Below are positions 24,960 through 32,000 of a stretch of DNA of 32,000 bases, in pieces (positions within the stretch are counted from its first letter, which is position 1; each line of letters opens with the position of its first letter). Source of the DNA: Candidatus Pelagibacter ubique HTCC1062 (GTDB lineage Bacteria; Pseudomonadota; Alphaproteobacteria; Pelagibacterales; Pelagibacteraceae); the NCBI RefSeq assembly GCF_000012345.1, contig NC_007205.1, positions 1,230,001-1,262,000 of the forward strand, written 5' to 3'. Made by a program: the position numbers and the translations under genes. The notes under the pieces were generated by a model. The model made no database searches and was not told the origin of the DNA. It was given only the letters and a program-made list of their open reading frames with translations.

Positions 24960-26014
24960 AACTTCGTATACTTAATAGATGTTAATTCATACAACCTACT
25001 AATGGTTCTTTTAAATATCTTTTTTAAATCTTCAGAAGAGCTTAATAAATCTAATTGTAGTTGAGAAGTTATCATAAGTGGTATATTTTTTTCATAAAGA
25101 ATATCAATTAAAGTAATAAATCTTTGTTGTTGATTAGAATTATCACTATTAAAAATTGGAATATTTTCTATAACAATAAAATTGCATACTTCAGTTATTT
25201 TAATGTAATCTTCAGCTCCAATATTTTTAGAACATAACTCTTTAAAATCAAAACGTGCTATTCCATTAAAGTAATTCTTAATAGTAAGCTTTCTACCTTT
25301 AATACTTAAGATCATTTCTTGATTAGTAAGATTTTTTGTTATTTTTCTGAAAAATTTATTAAGTTTAAAATTAGTTGATTCATTTAATGGATAAAAATAT
25401 CTTTCATTTCTGTTTTTTACAGACTTCCTATAATCATCTTGGATAATTAATTGTGTCTCATAAGATCTTTCCTTCATTATTTTAATAAAGGGAAGAAATT
25501 GATCTCTTTGTAATCCATCTTTGTAAAGATCATTTATTTTAGTATTTGATGAAAATAAAACTTTGATATTCTCATCAAATATTTTTTTGAATAAGCTACC
25601 TAAAATCATAGCATCTACAATATTTGTAACCTGAAACTCATCTAAATAAATTAATTTAGATTTATTTTTTAGTTTTTGAACAAATTTATCTATAATATTT
25701 TCTTGTTTATTTTCTTTGTTTTTAAATACAAAGTCATGAAAACTAATCATAAACTCGTTAAAGTGAAATCTTTGTTTAGTTTTATCAAATTTATTATAAA
25801 AAAAATTTAGTATCATGGTTTTACCCACACCCACATCCCCTTGTAAATAAAACCCTGTTTTATAATTTTGTTTAGTAAATATTTTTTTTAGAAGTGATTT
25901 ATTAAAGTTTTGATTATAGAATAAATTCAGCTCATCGATTGAGCCTAATTGATTGGGATTAATTTCTAAATTGTTAATTTTACAATAACTAAGAAATAAT
26001 TTATTTAAATTCAT
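24956..26014 (-). CDS. zapE: AFG1-like ATPase / cell division protein ZapE
   Basis: Walker A in typical AFG1 context (GFYLQGDVGVGKTMILNFFY) and Walker B (LIYLDEFQVTNIVDAM). About 350 aa. Confidence 0.8.
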   Translation of the reverse strand: MNLNKLFLSYCKINNLEINPNQLGSIDELNLFYNQNFNKSLLKKIFTKQNYKTGFYLQGDVGVGKTMILNFFYNKFDKTKQRFHFNEFMISFHDFVFKNKENKQENIIDKFVQKLKNKSKLIYLDEFQVTNIVDAMILGSLFKKIFDENIKVLFSSNTKINDLYKDGLQRDQFLPFIKIMKERSYETQLIIQDDYRKSVKNRNERYFYPLNESTNFKLNKFFRKITKNLTNQEMILSIKGRKLTIKNYFNGIARFDFKELCSKNIGAEDYIKITEVCNFIVIENIPIFNSDNSNQQQRFITLIDILYEKNIPLMITSQLQLDLLSSSEDLKKIFKRTISRLYELTSIKYTKL

Positions 26015-26438
26015 TTGTTGTTTTAAAATCTATACCATATTCTGATCTAGGGCCTTTTCTTAATCCAAAAGGACCAGATAAAAATAATGTAAGAGGTCTT
26101 GTTCCTGGTTTAAGATCAACTCTGTGTAAATTATTTGCTGATCTAAAACCAATATATCCTGGCGGTCTCCAAAATCTTCCATTTTTTAACGTTTCCCAAT
26201 AACCCCCTCTTAATATAACGGTTATGTAAGGAAATGTGTGATTATGAACCCCTTCCCCATGATCGTCTGCTAACATTTCATGTAATAAAATATTAAATGG
26301 AAACCATTTAGGCCTATGTCTTAATAAAACATAATATCTATTCATCCAGGGTTTAGCTTCATTAAATTTGGGGTGGGAAGGTCCACGATCTAAAACAACT
26401 TTTTTTCTTCCTAATTTATCGAGTAACTTAAGAAACAT
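26001..26438 (-). CDS. Hypothetical protein (145 aa) with His-rich, cupin-like metal-site motif
   Basis: ORF packed between bamB (2-nt gap) and zapE (14-nt overlap). Motifs LLHEMLADDHGEGVHNHTFPYITVILRGGYWE and NLHRV suggest a small metal-binding beta-barrel. Family not recognised with confidence. Confidence 0.5.
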   Translation of the reverse strand: MFLKLLDKLGRKKVVLDRGPSHPKFNEAKPWMNRYYVLLRHRPKWFPFNILLHEMLADDHGEGVHNHTFPYITVILRGGYWETLKNGRFWRPPGYIGFRSANNLHRVDLKPGTRPLTLFLSGPFGLRKGPRSEYGIDFKTTNEFK

Positions 26439-26440
26439 TA

Positions 26441-27742
26441 CTAATTAAATTTGATAATAGAACCGTTGCTTATTAAAAAAAGATTATTTTCATTTATAAA
26501 TGGCTGCAAAATTTTACTTCCTGAAACTTTTACTACATTCAAGATGTTACCTTCATTACTATTTACAATAATTAATTTTCCGTCACTATTAGTTAAATAT
26601 ATTTTATTCAAAGCTACGATAAAACCAGTAGGTTTTATTTGGTTTCTTTTTTTATCTTTATAGTTTTTATATAAATCGTTAATTCTTATTATATTCCCTG
26701 ATTTTTTGTCAATAATATATAAATATCCTTTTTCAGATATGGTTATTATAAGTTTGCCAATAACAACAGGTTTAAGATCTGAGCTAATCTCAGTTTTCCA
26801 ATTAATTAATCCTGTAGCACTATCAATAGAATAAAATTCATTTTTATTATTAGAGAAAAATATTGTGTTTTCATTGATAACTAATTCTGAATTAGATAAT
26901 TGAAATGCATTTTGACTAATATTATTATTTTGTGTGGGTAGTTGCCACACCAGTTGACCAGATTTTATATCTACCGCTGTGATGTCTCCAATTGAATTAT
27001 TAAAATAAATATTTTTATCATCGAGCACAATTGATATTTGGGTATTTGATTTTGTTAAAGACTCTTCAGTTTTTAAATTCCATATTTCTGATCCATCCTT
27101 TATTGATATTGATCTTAGAATATTTTTGTAATCCACCACATAAAAAACATCATTTTTTATTTTAATGTTAGAGTTAAAAGGAACTATGTTTGTTTTTGTC
27201 CATAATAGCTCTCCTGTATCAATATTAATTGCATAATATTTTGCCACATCATCAGTTACAATTAATATATTGTTTTTTAATGCAAAATTTAGTCTTGGCC
27301 TAATTTTTTTTTCACTTTTATTGTAAAAATTATTTTTCCATAAAGTTTTTTGGTTTTCATCGTAAAGAGTTATTTCACCTTTGTTGTCATAAAAAACTAA
27401 ATTATTATTATAAAATAAAGGGCTGGGACTTATAAAATCAAAATCATTAAATTTAGAAAAGTTATATTTTCCAATTTTTTCTAAGACCCCTTCATAAGTT
27501 AGTTCGCCAGTATCATTTTGATCATTCAAGCTGTTTTGATTTAGCTTGCCATTTGATATTTTAACATAAAGATTTGAATTAAATTCATCTTCAGGTCTTA
27601 TTTGTTTGGTTAAAATAGTTTTGTTATTTTCAATTTGCTGTTGATTTTTGTCATCTTTATTCCAAAAACCTGCTTTTTTACTAGTTGAGCAATTGTTTAA
27701 AATTAAGAGGATTAGGACTGATAATAGTACTTTATTCACCAA
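26441..27742 (-). CDS. bamB: Outer-membrane protein assembly lipoprotein BamB (PQQ-like beta-propeller repeats)
   Basis: Signal peptide plus a Cys lipobox-like site (LILLILNNCS). Repeated propeller blades with G..(L/I/V)W motifs (GELLWTK, GSEIWNL, GQLVWQL, GLINWKT). Conserved yfgM-bamB synteny. Confidence 0.75.
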   Translation of the reverse strand: MVNKVLLSVLILLILNNCSTSKKAGFWNKDDKNQQQIENNKTILTKQIRPEDEFNSNLYVKISNGKLNQNSLNDQNDTGELTYEGVLEKIGKYNFSKFNDFDFISPSPLFYNNNLVFYDNKGEITLYDENQKTLWKNNFYNKSEKKIRPRLNFALKNNILIVTDDVAKYYAINIDTGELLWTKTNIVPFNSNIKIKNDVFYVVDYKNILRSISIKDGSEIWNLKTEESLTKSNTQISIVLDDKNIYFNNSIGDITAVDIKSGQLVWQLPTQNNNISQNAFQLSNSELVINENTIFFSNNKNEFYSIDSATGLINWKTEISSDLKPVVIGKLIITISEKGYLYIIDKKSGNIIRINDLYKNYKDKKRNQIKPTGFIVALNKIYLTNSDGKLIIVNSNEGNILNVVKVSGSKILQPFINENNLFLISNGSIIKFN

Positions 27743-28376
27743 GGTCTCTGTTTAGTCTCTTTTGTGACTCAGTTTTAATTGTGCTGTTAGCATTAGGTAA
27801 AATTATAATTTGGTTAAAAAATTCTTTAGCTTTTTGTTTTTCATCTTTTGAATAAAAAAATTCTGCAAGTAAGTATAATGCATGGGACTTCCAGATACTT
27901 TCAGAATTAATTACTGGATTAAGTATTTTCAATAATTCATTTTCACTAACAAAGTCTGAATTAAATAATGCTTTTTTATATATAATCAAATTCTTAATTT
28001 CATTATCAAGTTTTGTATTTTCAATTAACTCATTAAATAATATATTTATCTCATCATTGTTCTCTAATAAATTATTGTCTAGTAGATGGTATAAAGCTAA
28101 TGGAGAATAAGTTGCATCATTACTTTTTACAACATTAACCATTTCATCAATTGTTTTTTGTTTATTTTCAGGATTAAGATCTATTAATGCTAAGTTGTAT
28201 TGATTGGCTAATTTAATTCTATTTTTTTCTTTAGAATTTTCAAATGATAGATAGCCAATTATAATTACTAATATTATTGAAATAATTATTATAAGTTTTT
28301 TTTTATTATTTATAAAAAAATTCTTTATTCTCTCATTTCTTGCGTTTGTATCTATGATTGTAATTTCTTCGTCCAT
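27732..28376 (-). CDS. YfgM-like membrane-anchored TPR-like protein
   Basis: N-terminal TM anchor (KKLIIIISIILVIIIGYLSF) and a helical repeat C-terminal domain. It lies immediately upstream of bamB, as yfgM does in other proteobacteria. Confidence 0.6.
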   Translation of the reverse strand: MDEEITIIDTNARNERIKNFFINNKKKLIIIISIILVIIIGYLSFENSKEKNRIKLANQYNLALIDLNPENKQKTIDEMVNVVKSNDATYSPLALYHLLDNNLLENNDEINILFNELIENTKLDNEIKNLIIYKKALFNSDFVSENELLKILNPVINSESIWKSHALYLLAEFFYSKDEKQKAKEFFNQIIILPNANSTIKTESQKRLNRDLGE

Positions 28377-28378
28377 TG

Positions 28379-31048
28379 CTATATCATATTCCTTAATACA
28401 TACTGAAGTATTCCACCATTCTTATAATATTCTAATTCGTTTTTAGTGTCTATTCTACATAGAGTTTTAATCTTTTTAATATCTCCCGAGGCATATTTTA
28501 TTTCAACTTGAACATGATCTGATGCATTTATACCGTCTTCAATTTGAAGAACGGTTATCAACTCTGAACCAATTAATTTTAAGTTTACCCTGTCGTGTCC
28601 TTCAGTAAATTGTAGAGGTAAAACACCCATTCCAATTAAATTAGATCTATGAATTCTTTCAAAACTTTCTGCTATTACAACTTTAACACCTAATAGTTTT
28701 GTTCCTTTAGCAGCCCAATCTCTTGACGATCCTGTTCCATATTCTTTTCCTCCTATAACAACAAGGTCTGTCCCTCTTTTTTTATATTCCTCAACAGCAT
28801 TATAAACTGGCATTACTTTTTCTTCTGGATATAATTTTGTAAACCCACCTTCTGTTCCTGGTGCCATTTCATTTCTTATTCTAATATTTGCAAAAGTTCC
28901 TCTCATCATTACCTCATGGTTTCCTCTTCTTGATCCGTAAGAGTTATAATCTGTTGGAAGTATTTGATGTTCCATAAAATATTCACCTGTCGGGCTTTCT
29001 TTTTGAATATTTCCTGCTGGAGAAATATGATCAGTTGTAACCATATCCCCTAAAATTAAAAGTGGTCTTGCCTCTTTAATAGGTTTAAACCCCTCAGGTT
29101 GATCAGATAAATTTTCAAAAAATGGTGGTTTCTTCACATAAGTTGAACTTGAGTCCCAATTGTAAATACTGGTATTTTCAGTTTTAATTTCTTGCCATTG
29201 TTTAGGGCCTTCTGAAACATTTGAATATCTTTTAACAAACATCTCTGCATTTAGAGATTCTCTTAATGTGTCTTCAATTTCTTTATTTGATGGCCAAATA
29301 TCTTTTAAAAATATATCTTTACCATCTTTACTTTTTCCTAAAGGCTCTTTGTATAAATCAAATTCCATGTGACCAGCAAGTGCATAAGCTACTACAAGTG
29401 GTGGTGATGCTAAGTAATTAGCTTTTATATGTGGAGATATTCTTCCTTCAAAATTTCTATTTCCAGATAAAACTGACACAGCGTAGATGTTTTCCTTGTC
29501 TATTGCTTTAACAATTTCCTCTGGTAAAGGGCCTGAATTTCCTATGCAAGTCGTGCAACCATATCCAACCAAATTGAAACCAAGTTTATCTAAAAATACA
29601 TTCAGTCCTGCTTTTGCTAAATAATCTGTAACTACTTGTGAGCCTGGTGCTAATGATGTTTTAACCCAAGGTTTGGTCTCTAAACCAAGTTCAACTGCTT
29701 TTTTTGCTAATAACCCAGCACCAATTAATACATTTGGATTAGATGTATTTGTGCATGAAGTTATAGCTGCAATTAATATTGAGCCATCTTTAATTTCATA
29801 ATCTGTTCCTGATACTTTTGAAATATGCTGTTCTTTTCTATTAGTTGCATCTTCAAAAACTTTTTTAAATCCGGTAGATGCATCTGTTAATAAAACTTTG
29901 TCCTGAGGTCTTTTAGGTCCTGAAATAGTTGGAACAACTGTAGACATATCTAACGATAAGGTATCAGTAAATTCAACTTGGTCATTAGCCCATAAACCTT
30001 GTTCTTTTGCATAATTTTCAACTATATTTACTGTGTTCTCATCTCTACCTGAGAATCTTAAATATTTTAATGTCTCTTCATCAATTGGGAAAAAACCACA
30101 TGTCGCTCCATATTCTGGTGCCATATTTGCAATTGTTGCTCTATCAGCAAGAGTTAAATTCTTTAAGCCTTCTCCATAAAATTCAACAAATTTTCCAACA
30201 ACTCCTTTATCTCTTAACATTTTTACAACTGTTAAAACTAAATCTGTCGCAGTAGTACCTTCTGGCATTTTATTTTTAACTTCAAATCCTATTACTTCTG
30301 GAATTAACATTGAAATTGGCTGACCTAACATTCCAGCTTCAGCTTCTATTCCACCAACACCCCAACCAAGAACTGATAAACCATTAACCATAGTAGTGTG
30401 ACTATCAGTACCAACTAACGTGTCAGGAAATAAATAGTCCTCGTTTTGAAATTTTTCAGACCAGACTACTTTTGATAAATATTCTAAATTAACCTGGTGA
30501 CAAATCCCAGTTCCAGGAGGAACAATTCTAAAGTTATTAAAAGCTTGTTGTCCCCATTTTAAAAAAGAATATCTCTCACCATTTCTTTTAAATTCAATAT
30601 CAACATTTTTTTCAAATGAATCTGAGTTTGCAGATTTATCTACTTGTACAGAGTGATCAATAACTAGATCAACTGCAGAAAGTGGGTTGATTGTATTGGG
30701 ATCTTTATTTTTTTCTTTAACCGCTTCTCTCATAGCTGCAAGATCAGCAACTGCTGGTATTCCCGTGTAGTCCTGCAACAAAACTCTAGCTGGTCTATAA
30801 GCTATCTCAGTTAATGATTTTTTTGTCTTTAGCCATTCTTTAATTGCTTCTATTTGACTTTTAGTAACTGATAGATCGTCCTCGTATCTTAAAAGGTTTT
30901 CTAACAAAACTTTTAATGACTTTGGAAGTTTTGAAATTCCATCTAAACCGTTCTTTTCTGCTTCTACTAGAGAATAATATTTGTAATCCCTATCATTAAT
31001 ACTGATAGTTTTTAGGGAGTTATAAGAATTTTGATTTCCTGGTTTCAT
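28379..31048 (-). CDS. acnA: Aconitate hydratase A
   Basis: 889 aa. Fe-S cluster ligand motifs ITSCTNTSNP and GCTTCIGNSG, plus the conserved SGNRNFEGR and GSSRDWAAKG blocks. Confidence 0.95.
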   Translation of the reverse strand: MKPGNQNSYNSLKTISINDRDYKYYSLVEAEKNGLDGISKLPKSLKVLLENLLRYEDDLSVTKSQIEAIKEWLKTKKSLTEIAYRPARVLLQDYTGIPAVADLAAMREAVKEKNKDPNTINPLSAVDLVIDHSVQVDKSANSDSFEKNVDIEFKRNGERYSFLKWGQQAFNNFRIVPPGTGICHQVNLEYLSKVVWSEKFQNEDYLFPDTLVGTDSHTTMVNGLSVLGWGVGGIEAEAGMLGQPISMLIPEVIGFEVKNKMPEGTTATDLVLTVVKMLRDKGVVGKFVEFYGEGLKNLTLADRATIANMAPEYGATCGFFPIDEETLKYLRFSGRDENTVNIVENYAKEQGLWANDQVEFTDTLSLDMSTVVPTISGPKRPQDKVLLTDASTGFKKVFEDATNRKEQHISKVSGTDYEIKDGSILIAAITSCTNTSNPNVLIGAGLLAKKAVELGLETKPWVKTSLAPGSQVVTDYLAKAGLNVFLDKLGFNLVGYGCTTCIGNSGPLPEEIVKAIDKENIYAVSVLSGNRNFEGRISPHIKANYLASPPLVVAYALAGHMEFDLYKEPLGKSKDGKDIFLKDIWPSNKEIEDTLRESLNAEMFVKRYSNVSEGPKQWQEIKTENTSIYNWDSSSTYVKKPPFFENLSDQPEGFKPIKEARPLLILGDMVTTDHISPAGNIQKESPTGEYFMEHQILPTDYNSYGSRRGNHEVMMRGTFANIRIRNEMAPGTEGGFTKLYPEEKVMPVYNAVEEYKKRGTDLVVIGGKEYGTGSSRDWAAKGTKLLGVKVVIAESFERIHRSNLIGMGVLPLQFTEGHDRVNLKLIGSELITVLQIEDGINASDHVQVEIKYASGDIKKIKTLCRIDTKNELEYYKNGGILQYVLRNMI

Positions 31049-31053
31049 TTAAT

Positions 31054-31641
31054 TTAGATATAGAACCCTATTATACAAACAATAAGTAGCAAGGACATAG
31101 CATAATTAAATCGTTTAATAAAATTATTATTTGTCGCAAAATTCCTTAAAAACTTACCTAAAAAAGCCCATGCTGTAATACTTGTTAGAGCTGTCAAAGA
31201 GCAAACGACAATAACTGTTAAAGAACTATTTAAGTAATCGTTTTCTAATACAAATTTTGAGATTAATGTAATAGCTGCCATTACTCCTTTAGGATTTAAA
31301 AACTGGAATGTAAAAGTATCAATAAATTTTACTGGATTAATTTTTTTACCCTCTTTGGATGTTTCAGAAAATGAAATTTTATAAGCTAAATATATGAGGA
31401 ATAAAGTTCCTAATATTCTGATCACTTCCTGGATTAATGGATATTTAATAAAAGTTGATATCAATACAAAATTGATCAAAATTACTAACACAGTATAACC
31501 CAACCAAACTCCCATTATTAATGGAATTGTTTTTTTTATACCAAAATTAAAACCTGAGTAAGAAGCAACAGCATTATTAGGTCCTGGTGTAAAACCTAAT
31601 GAACAAGAAATTCCAATCAATAAAAATACTTCAGGATGCAT
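31054..31641 (-). CDS. LysE/RhtB family amino-acid efflux transporter
   Basis: 195 aa with about 6 TM helices. N-terminal family motif (GFTPGPNNA). Confidence 0.7.
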   Translation of the reverse strand: MHPEVFLLIGISCSLGFTPGPNNAVASYSGFNFGIKKTIPLIMGVWLGYTVLVILINFVLISTFIKYPLIQEVIRILGTLFLIYLAYKISFSETSKEGKKINPVKFIDTFTFQFLNPKGVMAAITLISKFVLENDYLNSSLTVIVVCSLTALTSITAWAFLGKFLRNFATNNNFIKRFNYAMSLLLIVCIIGFYI

Positions 31642-31646
31642 AAAGT

Positions 31647-31988
31647 TTAAGCTATTGGAAGCCCATTCTCTGATTGTTGAGATGGGTGAACTAGTATAAC
31701 TTTGCCTTCATCATCAATCGAACCTAAAATAAGAACTTGTGAAACTACACCTGCAATATTTTTTTCTGGAAAGTTACAAACGCCAATAACTTGTTTACCT
31801 TTTAAATTTTCTTCATTGTAATAATGTGTAATTTGTGCAGATGATTGCTTAACACCTATATCTTTTCCAAAATCCACTTCAATTATTAGTGAAGGTTTTC
31901 TAGCTTTTTCATTTTTTTTAACTGATATTACAGTGCCTACTCTAATGTCTATTTTGTCAAAAATATCATAGGTTATTTGTTCTTTCAT
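31647..31988 (-). CDS. csaA: tRNA-binding domain protein (CsaA/EMAP-II-like OB fold)
   Basis: 113 aa. DIRVGTVISV...KPSLIIEVDFG... matches the tRNA-binding-domain pattern seen in CsaA and the MetRS C-terminus. Confidence 0.7.
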   Translation of the reverse strand: MKEQITYDIFDKIDIRVGTVISVKKNEKARKPSLIIEVDFGKDIGVKQSSAQITHYYNEENLKGKQVIGVCNFPEKNIAGVVSQVLILGSIDDEGKVILVHPSQQSENGLPIA

Positions 31989-32000
31989 AAATTTAATATA

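Noticed and set aside
30007-30255. 82-aa plus-strand ORF antisense to acnA
   Set aside because: It is a Leu/Gln-rich shadow of a highly conserved aconitase segment.
1-32000. CRISPR arrays, tRNA/rRNA genes, prophage or defence-system genes
   Set aside because: No regularly spaced repeats, no GC-rich structured RNA-like segments other than the two terminators, and no nuclease, helicase or methylase-type ORFs were seen.

Overview
The window is very AT-rich and extremely gene-dense: many spacers are 0-12 nt and several genes have overlapping start/stop codons. No rRNA, tRNA, CRISPR, transposase or integrase is visible. Composition, compaction and gene content fit a streamlined marine alphaproteobacterium of the SAR11/Pelagibacterales type, but that assignment is an inference only.

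Positions 1-21969 form a methylated-amine (TMA/TMAO/MMA) catabolic locus:
- the 3' end of a trimethylamine monooxygenase gene (tmm)
- a betaine-family ABC transporter resembling the TMAO system tmoXVW, interrupted by three small exported proteins
- TMAO demethylase (tdm), with a translationally coupled MarR-like mini-regulator
- a stand-alone SoxB-like flavoprotein
- two complete but strongly diverged sets of a GmaS-like glutamine-synthetase homologue plus a three-subunit N-methylglutamate-synthase-like enzyme (amidotransferase, GXGXG and FMN subunits)

The first set also carries an orphan 133-aa ORF, a divergent Amt transporter and a 74-aa membrane protein, and it ends in a GC-rich intrinsic terminator.

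Downstream on the plus strand lie a diaminopropionate-ammonia-lyase-like PLP enzyme and a photolyase. A tightly packed minus-strand housekeeping run follows: csaA-like, LysE-family, acnA, yfgM-like, bamB, an unknown His-rich protein, zapE and yjbQ.

The most interesting signals are:
- the duplicated, mirrored GmaS/Mgs modules and what the non-canonical one does
- the orphan SoxB-like flavoprotein, in a locus that shows neither a dimethylamine monooxygenase nor a four-subunit N-methylglutamate dehydrogenase
- the Amt plus small-membrane-protein pair
- the tdm-coupled regulator with an adjacent AT-rich operator-like repeat
- several small uncharacterised ORFs embedded in the operons
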